Shown here one piece after another: positions 11,089-21,728 of a stretch of 39,352 bases of DNA (positions are counted from its first letter, which is position 1; each line of letters starts with the position of its first letter). The position numbers and the translations under genes are program-made. A model generated the notes under the pieces. It was not told the DNA's origin, ran no database searches, and saw only the letters and a program-made list of their open reading frames with translations. The stretch comes from Octopus bimaculoides (Eukaryota). The DNA lies in NCBI RefSeq assembly GCF_001194135.2, contig NC_068989.1, positions 90,693,982-90,733,333 on the forward strand, in the 5' to 3' direction.

Positions 11089-12192
11089 GTGAAAGTTCTC
11101 TGTCTCAGAGTTTAGATGAAGACCAACGCCAAACCCTGAGTAAGCTGCTTTCTCACTATGAAACCAAAGTTCATTCAATTGAAGAACGTTTCAATCACCA
11201 CATGGGCAAGCTGAAATCTCAAATTGAACATGACCTCTCGGCTAGTTTTGGGGACTTCTCCGGAGAATTGGATCAGGACTTGAGCTTTGGCGGAATGTCA
11301 CTGACCAAGACTGGTCGGTTTCCTCAGCTTGCTCACCAAACCCATCAATCCCCCGAGTTTTCTGCTTCCAGTGTAGAGCAGCATGTCCCAGTGGATACTC
11401 AGATTGTTGCAGAAGAAGCATTTGTCTTAAACGATTCAAACAACTCCTCGTTAATCCGAAGCAGCAGTGACGATGCAATGATGCGCAGTGCCACAGATGA
11501 ACACAGATACGTGAGTAATGCCAATGGTGCCACAGATGTCAAGACTCTTCAAGAGGAACTCGACCATTTTCAGAACCAATATGCAGAGATTGTTTCGTCT
11601 GAGCCCAAAGACAAAGCAGAGATGACTTCTGTCTATGAGAAGGTGCTGAAAGCACAAGAACAACTTCTTGAACAGGAGCACAAGCTAGAAATGGATTCAT
11701 TGCAGTCAGAGTGTGACATCAAGCTGCAAGTTGAGCTGAAAAAGCAGGCAATCGAGCTTCTGGCAAAATTCCAGGCTGGGTTGCAGAGTAGCGACAAAGG
11801 CAGCATGACCCTGAAGCGTTGCGAGTCCTTCGAGAGGGAACTTGTCAAACGCACGATGACAGACGGCCAGTTTGATAGTTACGATGCGAGTGACAACAGT
11901 AAGAACAGAGCAAGCGCTAAGAAAGAAAGACTGGGGGTCCCTTTCTTGGCTTCAGTTCTGGGTTCGAGGAATAAGCAAGACGACAGCAACAACAGTGCTG
12001 TGGCTGATTACGAAGCTCAAATTGCTTCGATGCAGGCAGAGTTTGAACAGCGTTTGAAGAAGCTGCGGAAAGAACTGACAGAACTTGGTGAGAAAGAGAA
12101 ACGAGAGATAACGACGAAACTTCAAAACGAAATGGCAAACTTGCAAAGTCAGTTGTCAGACAGTGAAGAGAAATATGAAAATTTGTTGGATG
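11089..12192 (+). CDS. Coding exon B (phase 1 to 1, 1104 nt): GESSLSQSLDEDQRQ...SEEKYENLLD
   Basis: Acceptor ttatttag (AG 11087-11088); donor G|gtaagt at 12193; matches ORF 11076..12200; coiled-coil composition. Confidence 0.95.
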
Positions 12193-12506
12193 GTAAGTAA
12201 AATGAAACTATTCTTTTATTTGTTACCTTTTATTTGTTTCCGGTGTTGAATTTCAGCCATGCTGGAGCAGACCCTGTAGGGTTTAGTTAAACTTTACACC
12301 TTCTTATAAATCAAGTGTTTTTAGAAAAATTGTAATTTTAAAGGAATTATGTCTGTTGTTTTTGTATTTAGTTTGCAAGATTCTTGCTGTGAATTCATTT
12401 TTGGAAATATATTTTATTGTATTTTGGGAGGGTCACTATGCCAATGATAGACACATTCATTGGTTCTGTATCCCTTCAGTTATTATTATTAGTTAATCAG
12501 TTAGCC

Positions 12507-12679
12507 ATTTAACCAATTAACTAATTGATTGTGTGATTGATCATTTGGTCAGTTGATCAATCACCTAGGTTTGTCAAAGTCCTTTTGTTGCCATTTGCAA
12601 CCTCATCAGTGACAAACCTAGCTGGTTGATTGACTGATCAAATTATTAATCACACAGTTGATTAGTTAATTGGTTGAAT
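12507..12679 (+). repeat. Intronic inverted repeat: 70-bp gap-free stem with a 33-nt loop
   Basis: 12507-12576 pairs with 12610-12679: 59 Watson-Crick pairs, 9 G-U, 2 mismatches (counted by hand). Looser pairing extends to 12492/12694. Confidence 0.9.
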
Positions 12680-12910
12680 ACTTAAACAATTAACAACAAA
12701 AAAAAAAAGATTAAGAAGTGAAATTAAACCAGTGTGTGTGTGTTTATTATTGGTATGACCTTCCCAAGATACAACAAAATGTGTCTTGTATTTCTTAATA
12801 AACTCCCCTGAATCTTACAGTTTTCAAAATAATGTCTAATTTCCATTGGTACTGCTTCTTATGATATTCTTTTTCTTTCCTTTTCTTCCCCCGTATTTCT
12901 CCATTTGCAG

Positions 12911-13032
12911 ATCTGCGCAGTGGCAAAATCCCAGAGGTTGCACAATTGATGCATGAAAAATATGATTCAGAGTTAGAATTTGCCAAAACTTTAATGCAAC
13001 AGGAGTTTGATGAATCCCTTGAAGGAGAACAG
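12911..13032 (+). CDS. Coding exon C (phase 1 to 0): DLRSGKIPEVAQLMHEKYDSELEFAKTLMQQEFDESLEGEQ
   Basis: Acceptor ccatttgcag (AG 12909-12910); donor CAG|gtaaga at 13033; bridges the phases of exons B and D; not in the ORF track. Confidence 0.92.
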
Positions 13033-13059
13033 GTAAGACGTGATATCTTTTTCTTTTCT

Positions 13060-13425
13060 TTTTTTTTTTTTAGACTGTGGCCATGCTGGGGCACCACCTT
13101 GAAGAACTTTTAGCCAAATGAATTGAATACTGTACTTATATTTTTGTTTCAATCCTGGTACTTATCCATCAGTTTCTTTTGCTGAACTGCTATGTTACAG
13201 ACATAAACAAACCAACACCAGTTGTCAAGCAGTGGTGGGGGACAAACACATACACACAAATATATATGACAGGCTTCTTTCAATTTCCATCTATGAAATC
13301 CACTCACAAGGTTTTGGTTGGCCCGAGGCTAAAGTAGAAGACACTTGTCCAAGGTGCCACACACAGTGGGACTGAACCCAAAACCATGTGGTTGGGAAGC
13401 AAGATTCTTACCACACACTCATGCT
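13060..13425 (-). mobile_element. SINE family A, full-length copy
   Basis: Reverse complement of the family A head and body; tail reads as poly-T on + about 30 nt after the exon C donor. Confidence 0.8.
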
Positions 13426-14099
13426 TGTATTGTTCTTTTTTTTTCTTTTTCTTTTTTTAATAATATTGGGAAATGACTAGAGTTAAGGATGGTAACCGAG
13501 ACCATTTCAAGGTGGCAGTGGTTGGCATGAGACTCACAGAGGGGGGAAGACTAATTCAACCCTCACTATACATTTCGGGTGAAGCATACAAAGTAAGGGA
13601 CAAAACGCTGTTGACCCAGAAACACCTGCTGAGGATATGGAGGGGTTTTTAACATTGTGATGAATTCAGAAGATCTTGCAGCCCTTCTGTGTAATTCCTG
13701 CTTGGGCAAAGCATTTCCTTAGTTTATTTCATCTCAAAAGGATGAAAGACGAAGTCAGATGAAATGCCGCTAAACACTTCGTCTGGCAGGCTTTTCTAAA
13801 TTTTGGGGGCAAGGCCAGCAATTTTGGCGAAGGGGTTAGGTTGATTACATCGACACTGCTACTTATTTTATCGACCCAGGAAGAATAAAGGGCAAAGTCA
13901 GTCTTGGTGGGATTTGAACTCAGAACGTAAAGGATGAAATGCTGTTAAGCATTTTGCCCAGTGTGCTAATAATTCTGCGAGTTTTGCAGCTTTACTGCAA
14001 TGTGTTATATCGATCAGTTAAAATATATGTAGTTCTATATTTAAGAGACGAGGAATTATTTACATTTGAAGGATATTTGTCCTCATCTTGTTTGTTGTT

Positions 14100-14145
14100 A
14101 ACACAACGTTTCGGCTGATATACCCTCCAGCCTTCATCAGGTGCC
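14100..14145 (-). ncRNA. Minimal type I hammerhead ribozyme motif, core intact
   Basis: Minus strand reads GGCAC CUGAUGA A GGCUG-GAGGGUAUAU-CAGCC GAAA CG U U GUGUU. It has the CUGANGA and GAAA core, a 5-bp stem II, stem I GGCAC/GUGUU, and a loopless palindromic helix III (ACGU). Predicted cleavage after GUU, between 14105 and 14104. Activity untested. Confidence 0.72.
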
Positions 14146-14212
14146 TTGGAGAAATTTTGAACCTGCATTCTCATTCCTAAGGTATTTTTCGATGTTATTA
14201 TTGTTATTATTG

Positions 14213-14289
14213 TTCAGGTCACTGCTTGGAATTGAACTCAGAATCTTGGGGTTAGTAGCCCGTGCTCTTAACCACTACACCATATGCCC
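14213..14289 (-). promoter_or_regulatory. tRNA-derived head with Pol III A-box/B-box-like motifs (not a functional tRNA)
   Basis: GGGCATATGGTGTAGTGGTTAAGAGCACGGGCTACTAACCCCAAGATTCTGAGTTCAATTCCAAGC: A-box-like TGGTGTAGTGG, D-stem GTGT/GCAC, B-box-like GAGTTCAATTCC. Confidence 0.65.
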
Positions 14290-14295
14290 GTGGGC

Positions 14296-14338
<43 letters not shown>

Positions 14339-15004
14339 TGTAATAATAATAATCATAATAATAATAACATTGAAAAATACCTTAGGAATGAGAACCCAGG
14401 TTCGAGATTTCCCCAAGACACCTGATGAAGGCTGGAGGGTATATCAGCCGAAACAAACAAGTTGAGGACAAATATCAGTCAAATGTAAATATTGTAAATA
14501 ATGTAAAATATATGTTTCGTGTAAAAAAAAAAAAATAATAATGCCTCTCATTACTGATTCATTGTTTTATTGAGTCCTTCTCTGATATGGATTTGAAACA
14601 GTGATGTCACTGTTACTGACTAGATATTTATTTGATTTCATTGTGGAAGCAACCAACACCCCCTTCACTTGGACTAGTTTATGCTAATAAAACAAAAGTG
14701 ACGATTTTGTATAAGGAACTAATTTGCATATCAATGTATTGTCTCTCTTTCTTTCTTGTGTGTGTGTGTTTTTTTTTTTTTCTGGGTCATAAAATTTGGA
14801 AATAAAAAAGAAAAGAATTGCAGTTATTATGAGAGGTAACAAGTATAAAACAATTTTATTGGTTATCCCATACTTTATACTTCCCATTTAGTGTTCAAAA
14901 CTACAATGTTTTGTTAGTTAACAAATTGGCGTTTAACTATGAAACAAATACAGGTTTGTTAGTAAGCATTGAACTGTGAAGGCAACACTGTTGTTGGTTG
15001 CTGG

Positions 15005-15041
<37 letters not shown>

Positions 15042-15384
15042 GGGTGTGTGTATATGTATATGGTATTTGTACACTTTTTACCATAAAATAATTTTTTTCT
15101 CCATGGTAACTGCATTGAATTTAGAAGTTAAAATGTGTTGCATATTTGAACTAACCCAAAGTTTGTTTATTATCACTGATGCTACACACACACTCACACA
15201 TAGGTGTGTGTGTGTGCATATTCTTTTTTTTTTTTTTTTGGAGGGGAAATATAAATACTCTCGTATTTACTGTTCTCCTACCTACATATTTTGTAATAAT
15301 GGTCTTGTTTTCCATGTTTGTTTGATATAAATATATTTTATTGGATATTTTCCTTTTGGCCGGCACATAGAAAAAATAAGTTTT

Positions 15385-15533
15385 ACAAACCAAGGACGTT
15401 ATATCGACCTCCTTGACTCAAGTTAGAGAAGGGGTGCATAGTATACACAAGGTTTAGGTTTTTCAGAGGTACAGCCCCCTAAAAATCCCCTGCCTATTAT
15501 ACTCAGGGGCGGACTATACTCGAGGGTTTACAG
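15385..15533. mobile_element. One end of a Tc1/mariner- or pogo-like DNA element
   Basis: Ends in TATACTCGAGGGTTTACAG followed by TA, with a subterminal TATACTC repeat; partner TIR not found. Confidence 0.4.
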
Positions 15534-16353
15534 TATTTTAGTCATACTTGTACATATCTGTACTTTGCAGGTCTTGAGTGATTCTCATGGAATGTAGTGG
15601 TTGTTTGTTTGGTTTTTGTTTGATTAAACCTAAATTTAGTAACGGCGGATATGTATTTATTCATTTTGCACAGTAATAGGATATTTGAGGTAAGAATTAG
15701 ATAAGTGTGAAAATATGAAACTGATGAGATTGTGGTTGAGTAGAGTTGAGGAGAAACAGAAAATCCAGATGAGGGATGGGAGGGATGCAAGAGAGAGAGA
15801 GAGATATTTAAGTGGATCTTGCTCTATCTTAGATGTATTGTGTCTATGGTCAGTAAAGTCTAGAGTCCATTTAGGTGTGTAGTTACATGCATACATATGT
15901 ATGTGTGTGTGTGTGTGTACTGTCTATCTATCTATCTATCTCTCTATCTATCTATCTATCTATCTATCTCTCTATCTCTCTATACATAAAACAAGTTTGC
16001 TTCCCAACTTTGTGGTTCTGGGTTCAGTTTCATTGTGTGGCCTCAGACCTCCCCAAGCCTTGTGAGTAGATTTGGTCAATGGATGCTGAAAGAAGCCCCT
16101 CATGTATATATATCATCGTCTTTGTTTAACATCTGTTCTCCATGCTGGCATGGGTTGGATGATTCGACTGAAAACTGACAAGCTGGGGAACTACACCAAG
16201 TTCCAGTCTGATTTGGCAGGGTTTCTGTGACTGGATGCCCTTCCTAATGCCAATTCCAAGAGCATAGTGGGTGCCTCTCACGTGTTAGTTATGTAACATG
16301 TATATAATGCACTCTGTCCCGTGTATTGTGTCTATTAAATATAAATATATATA

Positions 16354-16564
16354 CAGGGTTGGTCAAAAGTCACCCGACAATAAATCAAAATTCCATAAAG
16401 ACTGTTTGTAATTCTGTATTGACTTGAATGAAGGACTTCAGTTTGAACAATTTTCATGATGTTTCACATTTAGATACTTTTATTAAATTCCTTCAGTTGT
16501 TAAACATAAATAAATCTTGGAATTAAATTGTTTTGACTTACTGTCAGGTGACTTTTGGCCAACC

Positions 16565-16567
<3 letters not shown>
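16354..16567. mobile_element. Tc1/mariner-type MITE (214 bp)
   Basis: 26-bp TIRs CAGGGTTGG(T/C)CAAAAGTCACC(C/T)GACA with 2 mismatches; TA on both flanks. Confidence 0.9.
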
Positions 16568-16606
<39 letters not shown>

Positions 16607-17531
16607 GTGCTTGTATTTTTGTGTTTATCCCCTCCCCCCAACTGCTTGACAACGTTTGTTCGTGTTTTTATTTTCTTATCACTTAGCAGTGCAGCAAATT
16701 ACTCTTGTTTGTGGCAGCAGTAACTCTTTGCCCTGCTCTGGTGCCTTTTTACAGCTGAGTTGACTGTGCCATTTCAGAGTTTTGTATCTTGGACGCAGGA
16801 TATGAGGTGCCCTCTGTCATTTTTATTGACTCTTCTCATCTACGCACTCAGGAGTTGCAAATGATATCATTTCAAGTCCTGCATTTCTCATCTCATTCCT
16901 ACAACTGTCCCTTATCACTTCCCCCCTTTTCCCTGACCCGTTCCTATTTCCTACTCTCCTCCACCCCAAACTGATAACCACTCTGTCCACCTCAGTCTCC
17001 ATCTGTCACACTTCTTTCACATTCCTGTGCACTTACCTACCCCTCCTCCTCCCTTTCTGTTCCTCTATCCCCTTTTTCTTTCTCTCTGATATTCATCTTG
17101 TACTTTGACATTAAAACCTTCACCATCTCTTTCTGTCTGTCTGTCTCTTTTCCCATCTAGACAAGCCATGTATCTCCTCTTCAGCAACACACCCATGCTT
17201 GCACTTCATTCGTACTTTCTCCTCCTCTCACTTGAGGGCATTTTGTCTTTGCAAGTTAACCTGGTGACCTTACTAGAGTCGGTGCCAGGAGAACAAGCTT
17301 CCAGTATAGCCTGTAGAGTAGTTGGTGTTCATATTTAGAGTAAGTATCCGGTTCTTCAGAAACCATGCTAAAGCAGACATTGGAGTTTGACACAATCCTC
17401 TGGTTTGTTGGTTCTTGCCAAAACCAATCAATGTCTGCCAGCGTGGGAAAAAGGATCACAAAGTGATGATGATCATTCATTCATTCATTTGTTCATTTAT
17501 TTATTTGTGTGTAAACGTCTGCTCGTTGCAG

Positions 17532-17720
17532 TTTCGGTTAAAAGAACATCAGGAGAAGCAGATACAAGAGTTGTTGTGTGAAAAGACCAAAGAGATGAAG
17601 GAATTGCAGCAGAAGTACGAAGGGAACCTTGCTTCGTTGCAAGAAACGTTGAAACGTTACGAAGATCACACCAGTGCCAAAGATCATACAGACAACAGCA
17701 AAGGTGGCAACAAACAACAA

Positions 17721-17756
<36 letters not shown>

Positions 17757-17922
17757 GAATGGCAGAAACATCAGGACGGGCAGCTGATGTCTCTACGCCA
17801 GCAACTTGAAGAGAAAGACAAAGTAATAGAAGCAGAGAGGAAGTCCCTTCAAGAGAACTACAACCAGGAACTGGAGAAACTTCAAGAGAAATATGAACAG
17901 AAGTTGGGTGAACAACAAAAAT
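17532..17922 (+). CDS. Coding exon D (phase 0 to 1): FRLKEHQEKQIQELL...Q14...EKYEQKLGEQQK
   Basis: Acceptor tcgttgcag (AG 17530-17531); donor T|gtaagt at 17923; within ORF 17415..18011. Confidence 0.92.
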
Positions 17923-18066
17923 GTAAGTCGACAGAGTTATTGTTGTTGTTGTTGTTGTCGTTGGGCAGGGAATTCACTGGCACCTTCTTTTTTTTTTTCC
18001 AAATAAGGTAACCATATATCTCCACTACAGCCAGATAGCACTTCCTGTCCCTCTATTATACTCAAA

Positions 18067-18820
18067 CCCTTTTGCGTTCAGATTATCAAAAGTAATGCTT
18101 TTATTTATTCACATTGTTTTGAATTAACCCCATGACAACGGCTTTGTATCAGACAGCTAGGTTGTGCTGACAGCTAGGTTGTGCTGACAGCTAGGTTGTG
18201 CTGACGGTAATTGTTTCAGCCGAGATCAGCGACTAGTACTTGACAATGGTTCAGCAAATATTTACATCAACTCCTTTAAAGCATCCACTGTTTATTTATG
18301 TAAACTGTCATCGCTGCGAGGACTGTAAATTCAATGAAACCGGCATGGCTGGATGCGACTGTAAGGATCAGAAGAATTTGCTGAATGTGTACGAATTTGA
18401 TAGGAAGTTGTAGTGGAAATGGTGGGATAACCACCAAAACTGCTGCTTTTATACTATTATGGTAATGAAGTCTTGAACTGAGTTGGAAATATTTAAATGA
18501 AGAGTTTAACAAACCTATCAAATTCCTTGAAATTTGCATGGTGGCCTCTATTATTGATTCTGTGAGTGGTAGCGGATATTTATATCAACCAGTTGGCAAA
18601 CAGGTGCAAAACCACAGCAGATAGGGCTGTGTTTATTTGCATCATCTGATTCAAAGCGAGTACACATGGGGTTAACCATGCGTTATCTCAAAGATTTAAG
18701 ATTTCTACAATGTGATTACTTATTTTTAGAATGACATTGTAGGGTAGGTATGAGAGGCCAGATCTGGTCAGTTTGAACATAAAGCAAGTAGAATATTCTG
18801 GTTGGATATGGCCATATAAA
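18067..18820. mobile_element. Copy of the 5363-5578 MITE family split by a nested insertion
   Basis: 18067-18127 and 18672-18820 together match the reverse complement of 5363-5578; far TIR lost next to a SINE. Confidence 0.7.
18128..18671. mobile_element. Nested 544-bp piggyBac-like non-autonomous element
   Basis: TTAA 18124-18127 and 18672-18675; perfect 7-bp TIR CCCCATG/CATGGGG; subterminal 17-bp unit GACAGCTAGGTTGTGCT repeated 3 times at 18152-18202. Confidence 0.75.
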
Positions 18821-19638
18821 GTCAGCCCTGTCACTAGTGCTGGTGCCATGTAAATAGCACCCAGTACACTCATTGAAGTGGTTGGCATTAGGAAGGGCAT
18901 CCAGCCATAGAAACCATGCCAAAATGGACATTAGAGCTTGGCGCAGTCTTCTGGCTTGCCAGTTCCTTCACACTTGTTCAGCCGATGCCAGCTTGTCTTG
19001 ACATCATGTGATCCTTGTAAATGAGCATCAATGTCATACAAGTGATGCTGATCGTTTTGGGTCTTCTGTGAAATCCATGCCTCACATATTATGGGGTGGG
19101 AGTGGTGGATATCATCACCTTGCCTGAAAATAGGTGAGGGTTGGCAACAGGAAGGACACCCAGCTATAGAAAATCCTCCAACAAATTCGATCTGAACTAT
19201 ACATCATCGTTCATTGTTTAACATCCGCCTTCCATGCTAGCATGGGTTGGACGATTTGACTGAGGACTGGTGAAACCGGATGGCAACACCAGGCTCCAAT
19301 CTAATTTGGCAGAGTTTCTACAGCTGGATGCCCTTCCTAACGCCAACCACTCAGAGAGTGTAGTGGGTGCTTTTACGTGTCACCCGCATGAAAACGGCCA
19401 CACTCGAAATGGTGTCTTTTATGTGCCTGGAAAAATGAATATTAAAAATGATGGTGATTAGAAACCGTTTTCATCATTTTAATGTCTACTTTCCCATGTT
19501 TGATTAGGTCAGATGGACTTTGTTGCAGAAAAGCTGTCTACTGTCTTTCCTGTTACCGATTCCTACTTGGAAACAAGTTTCCACATGGAATAGGAATCTC
19601 TGAGCACATCAAATCACAAATAACCCAAACATGTTTAA

Positions 19639-19860
19639 CCCTTTCATGACCAACCCGGTTGAAACCGCCTCTGGCTCTGTACTACAAATGTCTTGTTTTC
19701 ATAAGTTCTGAATTATAATCTTCCACCAAACCTTAGTCACAATTTATGTTCCTAACACAAGATGAATGATAGCTCAGTTATTTTACTAAATTCTTTGTTA
19801 TATTTAAAATTAAGCGAAAGAAACACAGAGCATCTCAACAGAAATATGGTAACAAAAGTG
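19639..19860. mobile_element. piggyBac-type MITE (222 bp)
   Basis: TTAA at 19635-19638 and 19861-19864; imperfect TIRs CCCTTTCATGACCA and CACTTTTGTTACCA. A truncated relative lies near 6490-6615. Confidence 0.8.
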
Positions 19861-19936
19861 TTAATGGAGAACTGGAAACAAATTACACTGTGTGGATATG
19901 TTTTTTTGTCTACAAAGTTTGTGCAACATATCAAGG

Positions 19937-19968
<32 letters not shown>

Positions 19969-20029
19969 TGTGTGTGTGTGTATGTACTAGTAATCTGATG
20001 ATGCTTATTTCGTATGTGCTGTATTTCAG

Positions 20030-20259
20030 ATCTGACTGAAAACCATGATGATCAGCTGTCTGCAATGGTCATACATTCCGATGCGATAAAGTCAGAACTG
20101 GATGAAGCTCACCAAGCAGAACTGGAACAAGTCCGGGAGCAACTTAGCAGCAAACACTCCAAGATGATGGACAATTTAAACAAGAAACATCAAATGAACA
20201 TTGAAGAGTTGGAGAGACAGTTTCAGGTTAAAATTGAAGAATTGGAGATAAGACATCAG
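20030..20259 (+). CDS. Coding exon E (phase 1 to 0): YLTENHDDQLSAM...KIEELEIRHQ
   Basis: Acceptor gtatttcag (AG 20028-20029); donor CAG|gtatgt at 20260; within ORF 20014..20268. Confidence 0.92.
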
Positions 20260-20757
20260 GTATGTTAGAGATGATTCTTGAGTCTTTGGTCTGAGGCTTG
20301 TTGATGGGAATGTCTGGACACTTGTTGTATCACTGATGACCGCTTGGGTCCTGCAATTGAAGGCTTGTATATCTGGATGTTAGGTGAGTCTGGGTTGACC
20401 CTCAGGACATTGGTCTTGTCTGGGAATTGAACATAGGTGCAAGAATGGCTGTGTGGTAAGAAGCTTGCTTCCCAGCCACATGCTTCCAGGTTCAGTTCCA
20501 CTGCATGGCACCTTGGGCAAGTGTCTTCTGCTATAGCCTCTGGCTGACCTAAGCCCTGTGAGTGGATTTGGTAGACAGAAACTGAAAGAAGCTCGTCGTT
20601 GTGTGTGTGTGTGTGTGTGTGCATATCAAATCCTGCTGCTGTTAGCTTTGTTTTTCTTTCTTTTGGCATCAATATAATCACCCGATTCCACACCTTTGCA
20701 AATTTCTGACCTGATGTTGACGATAAAAACATGTATTTGTATATTTTGATATTTCAG

Positions 20758-20844
20758 TTGGAAGTCGAATGTCTGAAGAAGGAGATGGAAAACCCTGATG
20801 CCAAAGAAGAACCCTGCATCTCGACAACCAATGTTGGTCTCCAA
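20758..20844 (+). CDS. Coding exon F (phase 0 to 0): LEVECLKKEMENPDAKEEPCISTTNVGLQ
   Basis: Acceptor ttgatatttcag (AG 20756-20757); donor CAA|gtaagt at 20845; 29 open codons. Confidence 0.88.
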
Positions 20845-20874
20845 GTAAGTATTTCACTTTTTCTCTTCAGCTAA

Positions 20875-21330
20875 TCATAAGAATTCTTCCCTCCATCCAG
20901 TAATAAAAACAAAAAGAAACACCAGACGTTGATGGACCTTTGTCAAACAGCTTTTGACGTATGGAGGACGGATCTGGATATTAACCGAGTCCTTTATGAG
21001 GATTGTCCCATTGTCTTTTTTTGGCAGGGAAGGACAGGCAGTTTTTCTCTGTTTGGTGGCTATGGCAAAAGAAGTGGTGTGGTTGGTGAGGTTGAAAGGA
21101 TTGAAGTGAGACGCTTTACTTTTCGGCCAAGTCCTCATCCACTTTTTCGAGTTCCACTTGAAGAGGAAAGTGATTGGCCACGCGGGAAGTGCTGCTACTC
21201 AGTATTTTTGTTGATAGGTGGGTGAATGTGATAAGGATGGCTCCTTGTGAATGGGACTGATCTCTGTAGGTTGGATGGGATGACCAGGATGTGTAGAGTT
21301 CCTTAGTTGCCTTTGGGCCAAACTATGTCT
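20875..21330 (-). mobile_element. Possible highly decayed non-LTR retrotransposon 3' coding remnant
   Basis: With assumed frameshifts the minus strand gives CPSC...TI.H...*YPDPSSIRQKLF...FLF..TG, loosely like a LINE C-terminal CCHC knuckle region; needs several indels. Confidence 0.25.
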
Positions 21331-21465
21331 TTTGTGGTTTTTTATTGTTTCAATTTTGTTTGTTGTTAGTTTTATTATTTACATGTTTATGTTAAGTCCC
21401 ACTTGTCCTTTGTTTTTGTAATGCCTTTTTGTTTTGTGTTCAGCCCTTGTGGCCAAGAAAAAAAG

Positions 21466-21519
<54 letters not shown>

Positions 21520-21728
21520 GTGGTGAGCTGGCAGAATTGTTAGCATGCCGGGCAAAATGCTTAGCAGTATTTCATCTGCTGCTATGTTCTGAGTTCAAAT
21601 TGCACCGAGGTCGACTTTGCCTTTCATCCTTTTGGGATTGACTAAATAAGTACCAGTTATACACTGGGGTTGATATAGTCAACTTAATCTCCTCCCCCAA
21701 GCTGTCCTTGTGGCAAAAATTTGAAATC
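21520..21728 (+). mobile_element. SINE family B (GAGTTCAAATT B-box, GCCTTTCATCCTTTCGGGGTCGATA module, (ATT)n tail)
   Basis: Other copies at 13795-13985(-), 23474-23683, 23703-23896, 23915-24022, 27749-27960(-), 34303-34483. Confidence 0.8.

Larger units (their letters stand above)
14031..14503. mobile_element. Head-to-head inverted dimer of a tRNA-headed, hammerhead-bearing (Penelope-type) non-autonomous element
   Basis: Minus arm 14289->14031: tRNA-like head, (AAT)n, body, hammerhead. Plus arm 14292->14503: head deleted. Junction palindrome ATATGCCC-GT-GGGCATAT. Identical direct repeats TAAAATATATGT at 14019-14030 and 14504-14515. Confidence 0.8.

Noticed and set aside
14213-14289. Possible tRNA gene; also tRNA-like heads at 147-207 and 10299-10362
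   Set aside because: Acceptor and T stems do not close properly and each runs into repeat-body sequence; treated as SINE heads.
14262-14465. Repeat-spacer-like alternation and poly-Ile/Asn ORFs; CRISPR considered
   Set aside because: Eukaryotic context; explained by (AAT)n and the inverted element; no regular repeat-spacer array anywhere in the window.
18276-18539. ORF inside the nested piggyBac-like insert as a transposase remnant
   Set aside because: No recognisable DDD-domain or cysteine-rich-domain features.
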